A DNA stretch of 64,000 bases from assembly GCA_013178315.1 (NCBI GenBank), contig JABLWX010000003.1:2855-66854 (forward strand), given 5' to 3'. The translations under genes were made by a program, and so were the position numbers. The DNA is from Candidatus Aminicenantes bacterium. GTDB lineage: Bacteria > Acidobacteriota > Aminicenantia > Aminicenantales > Saccharicenantaceae. Positions 47,724 to 57,407 of the stretch are shown here, in pieces (position 1 is the first letter of the stretch; every line of letters begins with the position of its first letter). The notes under the pieces are model-generated. The model had not been told where the DNA came from and ran no database searches. It was given only the letters and a program-made list of their open reading frames with translations.

Positions 47724-48530
47724 ATGGGACTCTGGCAGAGAACCAAGACGGCCATCATCATCCTGGGAGTTTTATTTGTCATAATTCAGTTCGCGCCACC
47801 CTGGGTTTTTTTCCTGGCCCTGCAGCTGACCATCATCGGCGGCCTGCTGGAATTTTACAGCCTGAGCAACAGGCGCAAGTTTTACCCAAAGAAGCTCCTG
47901 GGCTGCCTGTTTGCCCTGATCATCGGGGCCACTTTTTATTTTGACAGCTTTCCTTTCCTGCTGGGCTTCACGGTCATGACCCTGATCACCTTTGTGTATT
48001 ATGTGATAGATACCAATACCCTGGAAAAGCTGGCCCTGTTTCCCGGTTCTTTCAGCCTGACCTTGGCCGGCCTGGTCTATGTCAGCCTGACCATGAATTT
48101 TCTCTACTGGGTCAGGCGTGACTTCGGCGTGCTCTGGCTTTATCTTCTGTTTGCGGTCATTTCACTGGGAGATACCGGGGCCTTCCTGCTGGGTAAAACC
48201 TTTGGACGGAGAAAGATGACTCCCATTGCCAGCCCCAACAAGACCTGGGAAGGAGCCCTGGGAGGCCTGCTCTGGGCGGCGGGCGGTGGCTGGCTGGCCA
48301 GGACCGTCCTTCTGCCCCGTTTTCCGCTGCTGGAGATTATCGTTTTGAGCGTCGTGGTTCATGCCGCAGCCCAGGTGGCCGACCCCCTGGAGTCCCTATT
48401 CAAACGGGCAGCCGGAGTCAAGGATTCTTCCAACCTGGTCCCGGGGCACGGTGGGATCCTGGACAGGATAGATAGCTTTACCCTGGCTGCTCCCGTCTTT
48501 TATTATTTGAAACTCCTGATCATGAAATAA
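47724..48530 (+). CDS. cdsA: Phosphatidate cytidylyltransferase
   Basis: Polytopic membrane protein with SxxKRxxxxKD-like SLFKRAAGVKDSSNLVPGHGGILDRIDS signature. Confidence 0.8.
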   Translation: MGLWQRTKTAIIILGVLFVIIQFAPPWVFFLALQLTIIGGLLEFYSLSNRRKFYPKKLLGCLFALIIGATFYFDSFPFLLGFTVMTLITFVYYVIDTNTLEKLALFPGSFSLTLAGLVYVSLTMNFLYWVRRDFGVLWLYLLFAVISLGDTGAFLLGKTFGRRKMTPIASPNKTWEGALGGLLWAAGGGWLARTVLLPRFPLLEIIVLSVVVHAAAQVADPLESLFKRAAGVKDSSNLVPGHGGILDRIDSFTLAAPVFYYLKLLIMK

Positions 48531-48547
48531 ACTGAAACCTGGACCTC

Positions 48548-49729
48548 ATGAACAAAAGGAAAAAACGCCTGGTCATTCTCGGCAGCACCGGTTCCATCGG
48601 GCAGAGCACCCTGGATGTTATCCGGCGCTTCAGGGACAGGTACGGGGTGGTCGGGCTGGCTGCCGGAAGAAACTCAGGGCTTCTGGCCCGGCAGGTAGAA
48701 GAGTTTCAACCTGAAATCGTGGCGGTAGAAAGCGAGAAGCAGGCCGGGGAACTCAGAAGAAACCTGGGACGTTCCAGGGTGAGGATTCTATGCGGAGAGG
48801 CGGGCTACGAAGAAATAGCTTCGGTCGCCACGGCAGATATGGTGGTTTCGGCCATCACCGGAATAGCCGGGCTGAAACCTACCCTGGCTGCCCTCCGGAA
48901 GGGAAAGGACCTGGCCTTGGCCAACAAGGAATCCATGGTTGTAGCCGGGGACCTGATCAGGAAAATCGCGGCCAGGACCGGGAGCCGCATCATTCCAGTC
49001 GACAGCGAGCATTCGGGCGTCTTCCAGTGCCTTCGTGGCCGCGATAAGAAATTCATTAAGAAGGTCTATTTGACCGCCTCCGGCGGCCCCTTTCTGCGGG
49101 TGCCGCTCGAGGAACTGTCCACCAAGACCCTGGCCGAAGCCCTGAGGCATCCCCGCTGGAAAATGGGTCAAAAGGTGACCATCGATTCGGCCACCATGAT
49201 GAACAAGGGGCTGGAACTCGTTGAAGCCAGGTGGTTGTTCAACCTCCGGCCGGATCAGCTCGGGGTTTTGGTCCACCCCCAGAGCATCGTCCATGCCCTG
49301 GTTGAATTCCTGGACGGTTCGGTCCTGGCCCAGTTGAGCCAGACCGACATGAGAATCCCGATCCAGTATGCCCTGAGCTACCCGGAACGGCTGGAATCTC
49401 CGCTGCCCTCTCTGGACCTGGCCGAAGTTCGTTCCCTGGAATTTTTTCCGGTCGATGAACAGAGGTTTCCGCTTTTCGGGCTGGCCCGAAAGGCCCTGGC
49501 CGCCGGCCTGAGTTTCCCGGTGGTGTTGAACGCGGCCAACGAAGTTTCGGTCCAGGCCTTTCTGGAAGAGAAGATTTCTTTCGGCCAGATTTTTGAGATA
49601 GTAAGCTATTGTCTCAATCACCACCAGCCCCGGGCTCTGGCTGAACTGGATGATATCCTGGCCGTCGACCGGGAGAGCAGGGGACAGGCCCAGCTATACC
49701 TAAAAAAGATGAAAGGGAACATAACATGA
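48548..49729 (+). CDS. dxr: 1-deoxy-D-xylulose-5-phosphate reductoisomerase
   Basis: ILGSTGSIGQSTLDV, LANKES, DSEHSGVFQC, and NKGLE motifs. Confidence 0.9.
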   Translation: MNKRKKRLVILGSTGSIGQSTLDVIRRFRDRYGVVGLAAGRNSGLLARQVEEFQPEIVAVESEKQAGELRRNLGRSRVRILCGEAGYEEIASVATADMVVSAITGIAGLKPTLAALRKGKDLALANKESMVVAGDLIRKIAARTGSRIIPVDSEHSGVFQCLRGRDKKFIKKVYLTASGGPFLRVPLEELSTKTLAEALRHPRWKMGQKVTIDSATMMNKGLELVEARWLFNLRPDQLGVLVHPQSIVHALVEFLDGSVLAQLSQTDMRIPIQYALSYPERLESPLPSLDLAEVRSLEFFPVDEQRFPLFGLARKALAAGLSFPVVLNAANEVSVQAFLEEKISFGQIFEIVSYCLNHHQPRALAELDDILAVDRESRGQAQLYLKKMKGNIT

Positions 49730-51054
49730 CCATACTGGGCACCATCGTTGCATTCTTGATTGTTTTCGGAATCCTGGTATTCGTCCATGAGTTCGGTCAC
49801 TTTTTCATGGCCAAGCTGGTGGGCGTCAAGGTGGAAGTCTTTTCCTTTGGCTATGGCAAGAGGCTTTTCGGCCTCAAAAAGGGAGACACCGATTACCGGG
49901 TCAGCCTGATTCCCATGGGGGGCTATGTCAGGTTGCTGGGAGAGGGCATGTTCGAGAAGGACCGGCCCATATCCCCGGATGATTTCATGGCCAAGAACCG
50001 CTTTGAGAGATTCCTCATCCTGGTCATGGGTTCCATCATGAATATCCTGCTGGCCATAGTCCTGGTGTCCATCCTCAACATGGTCGGAGTAACCGTTCCC
50101 GAGTACCAGGAGCAGGTCCCGGTGATCGGCTGGGTCGACCCGGGTTCCCCGGCCGAGAGAGCCGGCCTGCTGGTTGGAGACGAAATCCTGGAAATCAACG
50201 GCCGGGCGGTGAAGACCTGGAGCGATGTGGAAATTGCCGTCGGCTCCAAGCCGGAAAAAGATATCCTGGTAACCATACGAAGGGGAGGGGAGAGGCTGCA
50301 GGTTCCGCTGAAGACCGACAAGATCACCAGGTACGAGATGGGATATGCCGGGTTCCGGGCTCATATCCTGACCCAGATCATGATGGTCAACCCCGGCTCG
50401 CCGGCGGAAAAAGCCGGGCTGCAGCCGGGTGATGTGATCCTGGCGGTCAACGGCGAGCCGGTCTTTTTCTACAATTTTGTTAAGAAGATCGAAGAAAGCC
50501 CGGAAAAACCCCTGGTGCTAACGGTGGAAAGACAAAGCCAGAGGCTTGACCTGACAGTCATTCCAAGGAAGGAAGGGAACGTGGGCAAAATCGGAGTTCT
50601 GCAGGGGGCCAAGTCGGTCACCCGCAAATATCCCTTTTTTGCCGCCCTGGGCCAGAGCCTCAGGGAAAATGCCCGCAATACCTTCCTGGTCTTCAACTTC
50701 CTGAAAGACCTGTTTACCGGGCAGGCTTCGACCAGGCAGCTGGGCGGGCCGATTGAAATCGCCAGCCTGTCTCACGCGGCTATGAAGATGGGCCTGCTGG
50801 CCATGATGAGCTGGATTGCCATCATCAGCCTGCAGCTGGGCATCCTCAACCTGCTACCCATTCCGGTATTTGACGGGGGTCAGATTTTTGTCCTGATGAT
50901 CGAGGGACTGATCAGAAGGGACCTCAGCCCGAAGATGCGTGAAATCTGGATGCAGATTGGCTTCGTGATTTTCGTCTTCATAATCGTCTTTGTCATCCTG
51001 AACGATATTGTCAAAAGATTACCCAGCGGCTGGAAGAGCCTGGTTCCATTCTAA
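49726..51054 (+). CDS. rseP: Site-2 zinc metalloprotease RseP (M50)
   Basis: HEFGHF motif, two PDZ domains (GSPAERAGL, GSPAEKAGL), and the NLLPIPVFDGG motif. Confidence 0.85.
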   Translation: MTILGTIVAFLIVFGILVFVHEFGHFFMAKLVGVKVEVFSFGYGKRLFGLKKGDTDYRVSLIPMGGYVRLLGEGMFEKDRPISPDDFMAKNRFERFLILVMGSIMNILLAIVLVSILNMVGVTVPEYQEQVPVIGWVDPGSPAERAGLLVGDEILEINGRAVKTWSDVEIAVGSKPEKDILVTIRRGGERLQVPLKTDKITRYEMGYAGFRAHILTQIMMVNPGSPAEKAGLQPGDVILAVNGEPVFFYNFVKKIEESPEKPLVLTVERQSQRLDLTVIPRKEGNVGKIGVLQGAKSVTRKYPFFAALGQSLRENARNTFLVFNFLKDLFTGQASTRQLGGPIEIASLSHAAMKMGLLAMMSWIAIISLQLGILNLLPIPVFDGGQIFVLMIEGLIRRDLSPKMREIWMQIGFVIFVFIIVFVILNDIVKRLPSGWKSLVPF

Positions 51055-51065
51055 TTGGAAAACCC

Positions 51066-52190
51066 ATGAGCCAAAAGCCAGAACTTTACCCGAGGCGCCG
51101 GACCAGGGCCATCAGGGTTGGGTCGGTGGTAATCGGGGGCGGAGCTCCTGTGGTCGTTCAGTCCATGACCAAGACCAGGACGGCCGATGTTCGGGCCACG
51201 GTGGCCCAGATTAAAAGGCTGGAGCGAGCTGGCTGCAGGCTGGTCAGGGTGGCTGTTCCCGGGAAGGACGATGCCCTGGCCATCAGGGAAATAAAAAAGA
51301 GAATATCAATTCCGCTCATCGCCGATATCCATTTCAACCCCCGGCTGGCCATCCTGGCCCTGGAGGCCGGGGCCGATGGGTTAAGAATCAACCCGGGCAC
51401 CATCGGTTCCAGAGAAAAATTAAAAGAAGTGGTTCGCCTGGCCGCCGAACGGAAGGCGGCCATCCGGGTTGGAGTAAATTCCGGTTCACTGGAAAAAGAC
51501 CTGCTGGTCAGGTACGGGCAGGTAACGGCCGAGGCCCTGGTCGAAAGTGCCCTGGGCCAGGTCAGGCAGCTCGAAGACCTGGGCTTTCATGAAATAAAGA
51601 TTTCGCTCAAGGCCTCGGATATTCGCCGCACGGTGGAAGCTTACCGGCTCCTGGCCGACCGGGTTGATTACCCATTTCATGCCGGTATCACCGAGGCAGG
51701 TACCCTGCTTCGTGGGAGCATCAAGTCGGCAGCCGGGCTGGCCCTGCTACTCAGCCAGGGCCTGGCCGATACCATCAGGGTGTCGCTGACCGCGCCGCCC
51801 GAAAGGGAAGTTGAGGTGGCCTATGAAATACTTAGAAGCCTGGGCCTGGAAAGCCGGGGTATAAACTTCATTTCCTGCCCGGGCTGTGGGCGAACCGAAG
51901 TCGACCTGCGAAAAATCGCGACCGAAGTTGAGAAGAAACTGGCAGGGATAACCGCCGGGCTGACCGTGGCTGTCATGGGCTGCCCGGTCAACGGTCCGGG
52001 TGAAGCCAGGGAAGCTGATATTGGAGTGGCCTGCGGCCGGGAGGCCGGGGTAATCTTCAAGCGCGGCCTGGTGGTTAAGAGGGTGCCCGAGCCGGAGATC
52101 GTGGCCGCCCTGGTCCGGGAAGTTGAGGCCATGGCCAGGGAGCTGGAGAAAATGGACCCTGATGTTATTGATAAAGGGGAAAAGGAGTAG
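51066..52190 (+). CDS. ispG: 4-hydroxy-3-methylbut-2-en-1-yl diphosphate synthase
   Basis: RVAVP, ADIHF, RINPGT, and CPGCGRT..GCPVNGPGEA Fe-S motifs. Confidence 0.9.
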   Translation: MSQKPELYPRRRTRAIRVGSVVIGGGAPVVVQSMTKTRTADVRATVAQIKRLERAGCRLVRVAVPGKDDALAIREIKKRISIPLIADIHFNPRLAILALEAGADGLRINPGTIGSREKLKEVVRLAAERKAAIRVGVNSGSLEKDLLVRYGQVTAEALVESALGQVRQLEDLGFHEIKISLKASDIRRTVEAYRLLADRVDYPFHAGITEAGTLLRGSIKSAAGLALLLSQGLADTIRVSLTAPPEREVEVAYEILRSLGLESRGINFISCPGCGRTEVDLRKIATEVEKKLAGITAGLTVAVMGCPVNGPGEAREADIGVACGREAGVIFKRGLVVKRVPEPEIVAALVREVEAMARELEKMDPDVIDKGEKE

Positions 52191-52197
52191 CGGGCAG

Positions 52198-53058
52198 TTG
52201 AGACCAACAGCCGGAAAAAAGCGCGGCCTGAGTAAGAACCTGAATAAAAAAGCGACATTTGCCAAGTATCAGCGCCTCGTTGAAATATTGAAATCATTTG
52301 ACGGCCTGCTGGTAGCCTTTTCCGGGGGAGTGGATAGCAGCCTGCTGCTAAAGGCGGCGGCTGATTCCGGGGCCAAGGTCCTGGCCGTCACCGTGGATTC
52401 GCCCATCTACGACCGCCAGGAGATAAGAGAGGCCCGGCAGATAGCCAGCAAACTCGGCGTTCCTTTCCGGCTGATTAAGTCGGACGATTACCTCAGGGAG
52501 GATTTTAAGAAAAACGACCTCCTGCGCTGTTACCACTGTAAGCTGGCCATTTTTACCAGGCTCAGGGAAATTGCCAGGAGTGAAGGACTGTCCGCGGTGG
52601 TGGAGGGATCCAACCTGGATGACGAGCGCGATTACCGTCCGGGCCGGAAGGCCCTGGCCGAGCTGGGCATCGGTTCTCCCCTGAAAGAAGCCGGGCTGGG
52701 CAAGGCGGAAATCAGGTTTCTGGCCAGGTCCTTTGGTCTGCCCAACTGGGACCGGCCGGCCAATGCCTGCCTGGCTACCAGAATACCTTACGGGCAGCCA
52801 GTGGAGCTGAGGTGGCTGGAAAGAATTGCTGCCGGTGAAACCTTTCTGAGGAAAATGGGCTTTTCGCAGGTCCGGCTGCGCCACCATGGCGAGCTGGCCA
52901 GGATTGAAGTCTGGCCTAATGAGCTGGCTCTGGTCATCAGTCAGCCCAGCCGGGAGAAGATCGTACGCCGGCTGAAGAAGCTTGGCTGGAAATATGTTGC
53001 TTTTGACCTGGAAGGTTATCGCACCGGAAGCCTGAACCCGGGCGGTCTGAAAACCTGA
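52198..53058 (+). CDS. larE: PP-loop ATPase, LarE-like sulfur transferase
   Basis: LVAFSGGVDSS PP-loop and the ANACLATRIPYG Cys motif. I propose a TTG start at 52198 (AAGGAG 10 nt upstream), because the ATG at 52123 lies deep inside ispG. Confidence 0.65.
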   Translation: MRPTAGKKRGLSKNLNKKATFAKYQRLVEILKSFDGLLVAFSGGVDSSLLLKAAADSGAKVLAVTVDSPIYDRQEIREARQIASKLGVPFRLIKSDDYLREDFKKNDLLRCYHCKLAIFTRLREIARSEGLSAVVEGSNLDDERDYRPGRKALAELGIGSPLKEAGLGKAEIRFLARSFGLPNWDRPANACLATRIPYGQPVELRWLERIAAGETFLRKMGFSQVRLRHHGELARIEVWPNELALVISQPSREKIVRRLKKLGWKYVAFDLEGYRTGSLNPGGLKT

Positions 53059-53062
53059 AGAT

Positions 53063-54046
53063 TTACAAAACCGATGTCTTCTCAACCGGCTCCACCAGGT
53101 GGGACGGCCTTTCCCCTCTCAATCCCTGGAGCAGGTTCTCGACCGCCATGAAACACATCTTCTGCCTGGTTTCCCGGGTGGCGCTGCCGATATGGGGCAG
53201 CAGGACCACGTTATCCAGCTTCGGTAGTTCAGGCTCAATGGCCGGTTCGTTTTCATAGACATCGAGGCCGGCTCCCCAGAGCTGTCCCGTCTTCAGGGCT
53301 TCAACCAGGGCCTTTTCATCGACTATGGGACCACGGGCCACGTTGACCAGGACGGCTGTTTTCTTCATCAATTTGAGCCGCTCGGCAGAAATCAGGTGGT
53401 GCGATTCCGGAGTCAGCGAAGCATGGATGGAGATAATGTCGGCCTCCCTGAGCAGGTCATCCAGTGATCGGAATTCCACCCCCAGCTCTTTTTCCAGGGA
53501 GGCTTCAAGCCGTTTGGGGTCCTGGTAAATTATCCGCAGGTTGAAGGCCCTGGCCCTCCTGGCAACGGCCCGACCTATTCGCCCGAAACCTATCAGGCCC
53601 AGGGTCTTACCCGAAAGTTCCAGGCCCAGGAACAGGTCAATCTTCCAGCCCCGGAACCTGCCTTCCCGGCAGAAACGGTCGGCCTCGACCAGGCGCCTGG
53701 TGGTGGCCAGGATGAGGGCCAGGGTCAGGTCGGCCGTGGCCTCGGTCAGAACGTCCGGGGTATTGGTGACCAGCAGGCCCCGGCTCCAGGCATCCTTGAG
53801 GTCGATGTTATTAACCCCGACTGCGCAGTTGGAAATGATTTTCAGTTTCGGGGCCCGGTCCATGACCTCGCGGTCAATGGCATCGGTCAGGAAACAAAGA
53901 AGTCCCTGCTTGTCTTCTATCCTGGCGAGGAGCTCTTCCCGGGGAAGAATCATCTCTTCCGTGGCCAGCTCCAGGTCCACCTGGCTGGCCAGGTAATCCA
54001 TGGCTTCGGGAAGGAGCGGGTGAGTTAACAGTACTCTTGGTTTCAT
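53063..54046 (-). CDS. D-isomer-specific 2-hydroxyacid dehydrogenase (glyoxylate/hydroxypyruvate reductase-like)
   Basis: GLIGFGRIGRAVA NAD motif, NVARG, and the HIGSAT catalytic His context. Confidence 0.8.
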   Translation of the reverse strand: MKPRVLLTHPLLPEAMDYLASQVDLELATEEMILPREELLARIEDKQGLLCFLTDAIDREVMDRAPKLKIISNCAVGVNNIDLKDAWSRGLLVTNTPDVLTEATADLTLALILATTRRLVEADRFCREGRFRGWKIDLFLGLELSGKTLGLIGFGRIGRAVARRARAFNLRIIYQDPKRLEASLEKELGVEFRSLDDLLREADIISIHASLTPESHHLISAERLKLMKKTAVLVNVARGPIVDEKALVEALKTGQLWGAGLDVYENEPAIEPELPKLDNVVLLPHIGSATRETRQKMCFMAVENLLQGLRGERPSHLVEPVEKTSVL

Positions 54047-54059
54047 GCCGGAGCTCCCT

Positions 54060-54767
54060 TCAGGAATTAAATATTAAAGGATAAAAATATTGAGCCGTGG
54101 CTGCCAGAACTTCCTGGCCGTGGCTGCCGTTTTTCCAGCGTCCGCTGAACAGCTCGTCCGAGACAATGAACAGGCCGGCTGCTCTCAGACGGTAAAAAGC
54201 GGCGAAGGACAGGACGGCCGAGATTTCCATGTCCACGGCCATGATTTTTTTCCACTTCAAACTTTTCATCCAGCTGACTGTTTCCCGGTAGGGGGCATCG
54301 GTGGAGACGATGGCTCCTTCGGTCCAGGTGAGGTTATTCCTCGATAGAAACTGCCTAAGTTCCTTAATTACCCCCGGCGAGGGGAAATAAAAGCCGTTCC
54401 TGGCCCGGGAGTAATGACGGGAGGTGCCTTCCTGGCTCAGGGCCTTAACCGGGAGAAAGACCTGCCCGATCACCAGCTCTGGAGAAAGAGAACCGCAATA
54501 GCTCAGCAGCAGGATTTCTCTTAGCCCGAGCTGTCTTATTTTTTCCAGGGCCATGATACCGGCCGGGGCGCCCAGGCCTCCCAGCAGCACGGCTGCCCGG
54601 TCCAGCAAGAAAAGCCGGCCGGGTCCAACAGTTAATCCGGCTGAAGCCTCCCGGGATAAACGGCCCGGAAGCTCGCTGTCAGGAAAGAATGGAAAATAGA
54701 TCAAGCGGCCTGCGGGCAAGGGGGGGCCAGAGAATTCCGGCCTGGTAATGGAAGGCTCCTTTCTCAT
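54060..54767 (-). CDS. PNP/UDP-family nucleoside phosphorylase-like protein
   Basis: GLGAPAG...SYCGSL...AVDMEISAV pattern resembles phosphorylase family 1. The match is weak and by eye only. Confidence 0.4.
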   Translation of the reverse strand: MRKEPSITRPEFSGPPLPAGRLIYFPFFPDSELPGRLSREASAGLTVGPGRLFLLDRAAVLLGGLGAPAGIMALEKIRQLGLREILLLSYCGSLSPELVIGQVFLPVKALSQEGTSRHYSRARNGFYFPSPGVIKELRQFLSRNNLTWTEGAIVSTDAPYRETVSWMKSLKWKKIMAVDMEISAVLSFAAFYRLRAAGLFIVSDELFSGRWKNGSHGQEVLAATAQYFYPLIFNS

Positions 54768-54875
54768 TTTTCCCTCTGAAATTACCAGAAAAATGGCCCG
54801 GAGGCAATTCCCGGCTGAAGTCCTTTAGTTTTACAAAGGTAAAGAGCTGGATTAAAATTCTGGGCAAAGGACGTT

Positions 54876-55841
54876 ATGGTTTATCGGCTCATAAAGCTCA
54901 GCGACCTCAACCTGGAAGACAGGCGATTCCGCTTCACCCTGAACCCGGTCGACCAGAGACTCCTGCGCTCCGTCGGGGCAATTGGGGTGCTGCAACCGGT
55001 GATCATCACAGCCCGGCAGGACCGCCAGGTGCTGGTTGACGGCTGGAGGCGGGTTGAGGCGGCCCGGTCCTGCGGACTCGAAGAGCTTCCGGCGCTGGAA
55101 ATAGCAGAAAATATCGGCGACCTGGCGGTCTTACTGGTGGCTTTTTTTGAGAATTATGCAAAGCGGCCGTTCAGCCTGGCCGAGAAATCTCTGGCCATAA
55201 GAAAATTTTACGACTTCCGGCTCGGGGCAGACGAGATCATCGAGCGGTTTCTGCCCCTCCTGGAACTGCCGCCAGAACGCCGGATGCTGGAATTGATGCT
55301 CGAAGTCTCCCTCCTGGGGGAAAGGTTTCTGGAAGTAATCCACCGCCGGGATTGGAAGCCGGTTACCGTCGAGCTGTTGCTGGGTTTTCCCGAGGCCGAA
55401 AGAGCCTGGCTCTTATCGCTGATTGAAAAATTAACTCGCAACCAGCAGCGAGAAATAATAGAAAATTTTTATTTGCTTAAAAGAAAGACGGGAAAATGCC
55501 TGGAAGACCTGGCCAGGGAGGAAAAACTGGCCGGGCTGACCGGGCGTTTGTTAAAAGGAGAAATCTCGGCTGCTGACCGCCTGCTGGCCGCCCTGAGGGA
55601 GGAAAATTCCCCGCTTCTATCGGGGTTGCACCGGGCAATCGAGGCTGAGGTCAGGACTCTCGGGCTTCCGCCAAAGGTCCGGCTGGATTACGACCGCGCC
55701 CTGGAAGAAACAATTTTGCGAATCAGCCTTGAAGCCGGGGAAGTCACGGACCTTAAAGAAGCGCTGCAGTCTTTATCAGAGACCCTGGAGAAGAAGGAGT
55801 GGAGGCGGCTATTCCAGCTTCTTCACTATGAAGGGGAGTGA
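54876..55841 (+). CDS. ParB N-terminal (ParB/Srx) domain protein
   Basis: GVLQPVIITARQDRQVLVDGWRRVEAA is the ParB-N box (GxxRxxA). The rest is helical with no recognisable HTH. Confidence 0.6.
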   Translation: MVYRLIKLSDLNLEDRRFRFTLNPVDQRLLRSVGAIGVLQPVIITARQDRQVLVDGWRRVEAARSCGLEELPALEIAENIGDLAVLLVAFFENYAKRPFSLAEKSLAIRKFYDFRLGADEIIERFLPLLELPPERRMLELMLEVSLLGERFLEVIHRRDWKPVTVELLLGFPEAERAWLLSLIEKLTRNQQREIIENFYLLKRKTGKCLEDLAREEKLAGLTGRLLKGEISAADRLLAALREENSPLLSGLHRAIEAEVRTLGLPPKVRLDYDRALEETILRISLEAGEVTDLKEALQSLSETLEKKEWRRLFQLLHYEGE

Positions 55842-56929
55842 TGGCTGGACTTAGGATAAAAAAGGTCTGGGTGGACCGCAAGGTGGAAAAGGACGGCCTG
55901 ACCCGAAAACTGCTGGATGGGCTGGCTGGCCGCCCGGTGGAAATTGTGGACAGCGTCGAAGCCGTCAGGCGGTTCATCCGGCAGCATTCCGACCCGGTGG
56001 GGGAGAGTAAGCAACATCTATTCATTACCGCCCAGCCATCCTTCATCCGCCCCTGTCCCTGCACTCCTGGCTGCCTGGGGTGTGGCTACTGGACAATTGA
56101 CCTGGACCTTAACTGTCCATTCGATTGCAGTTACTGCATACTTCAGGATTACCTTGACGGCCAGCCACTGACGGTGGCCGTTAACCGGGAGCAACTGGGC
56201 TCGGAACTGGAAGAATTTTTCAAGCAAAGGCCATCAGGGATAACCAGGATAGGAACCGGGGAACTGGCCGACTCCCTGGCCCTGGACGAGCTGACCGAGA
56301 ATTCAGTCTTCCTGATAGAGAGATTCAGGGATCGGCCAGGATTCTGGCTGGAACTCAAGAGCAAGGCCGGCCTGCCGCCCGCCCTGCTGCGGGTTAGCCC
56401 GGCCGACAATGTAGTCCTGTCCTGGTCGCTAAATCCGCAGGCGGTAATAGCTTCAGAAGAAAAAGGAACGGCCGGGCTGGAAGAAAGGTTGCGGGCGGCA
56501 AGCAGGGCAGTCGGTCATGGCTACCGGGTGGGCTTCCATTTTGACCCCATCCTCCACTACCCGGGCTGGCACCAGGATTATGAACGAGTGGTAGAAGCGA
56601 TTTTCCGGCTGGTTCCGGTTGAGGCCATTGCCTGGGTCAGCCTGGGCAGCCTGCGCTTTCCCCCCGGCCTGCTGCCCCTGGCCAGGAGGCGTTTCCCGCA
56701 GAGTCGCATCTATGAGCATGAGTTCATCAGGTCTGCGGAAGGGAAATACAGGTACCCGCGACCACTTAGGCAGTGGCTTTACAGGCAGCTGGCCGAAATG
56801 TTTGCCGGATTCGGGGCAGAAGACCGGCTTTACCTGTGCATGGAAACGGTTGAGGTCTGGCGGGAATTTTATGGGAAAATAAAAAGGGGAAGGCAAAACC
56901 TTGCCTTCCCCTTTCCCTGGCAATGCTAA
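55838..56929 (+). CDS. Radical SAM enzyme of the spore-photoproduct-lyase (SPL/SplB) family
   Basis: CPFDCSYC (CxxxCxxC, nt 56114-56137) preceded by PCPCTPGCLGCGYW, then ILQDYL..., in the SPL-family arrangement. The start codon (GTG 55838 / ATG 55841) overlaps the upstream TGA. Confidence 0.65.
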   Translation: MMAGLRIKKVWVDRKVEKDGLTRKLLDGLAGRPVEIVDSVEAVRRFIRQHSDPVGESKQHLFITAQPSFIRPCPCTPGCLGCGYWTIDLDLNCPFDCSYCILQDYLDGQPLTVAVNREQLGSELEEFFKQRPSGITRIGTGELADSLALDELTENSVFLIERFRDRPGFWLELKSKAGLPPALLRVSPADNVVLSWSLNPQAVIASEEKGTAGLEERLRAASRAVGHGYRVGFHFDPILHYPGWHQDYERVVEAIFRLVPVEAIAWVSLGSLRFPPGLLPLARRRFPQSRIYEHEFIRSAEGKYRYPRPLRQWLYRQLAEMFAGFGAEDRLYLCMETVEVWREFYGKIKRGRQNLAFPFPWQC

Positions 56930-56944
56930 GGAAGTTACGGGGTC

Positions 56945-57370
56945 TTATTCACCCTCAGTCGCTTTCCTCTCTGTGATTATTCCGACGAGTTCAATCCCGG
57001 CTTCGCGGATCATGTCGATGACATCGATCATTTTGCCAAATTCCAGGTTAGCATCAGCTCTGATGTAGAGTTTCTTCTCAGCGGCCTGCAGGAAGGCTTC
57101 TTCCAGGGCCATGGTCAATCCTTCCAGGGTCACTCTCTGTTCTTTCAGGAAGAGCGTCCCGTCGGCTTTTATCGACAGGACCACGTCTGGATTATCTGGC
57201 ATCTGGGTGGTATTAAGAGCCGAAGGCAGCTGGACATCAACTCCCTTCTGAACCAGCGGGGTGACCACCATGAAGATGATCAGAAGGACCAGGAGAACGT
57301 CACAAAGAGGAACAACATTGGGTTCGGACTTTACGGTTTCTTTTCCACCCATTGATACTGTGAAACCCAT
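56945..57370 (-). CDS. exbD: Biopolymer transport protein ExbD/TolR
   Basis: Single TM with the conserved Asp (PLCDVLLVLLIIFM), 141 aa, downstream of exbB. Confidence 0.85.
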   Translation of the reverse strand: MGFTVSMGGKETVKSEPNVVPLCDVLLVLLIIFMVVTPLVQKGVDVQLPSALNTTQMPDNPDVVLSIKADGTLFLKEQRVTLEGLTMALEEAFLQAAEKKLYIRADANLEFGKMIDVIDMIREAGIELVGIITERKATEGE

Positions 57371-57407
57371 TGTTTTCCTCTCTCAGTAAATTTCCAGCAC
57401 CCGGAGG

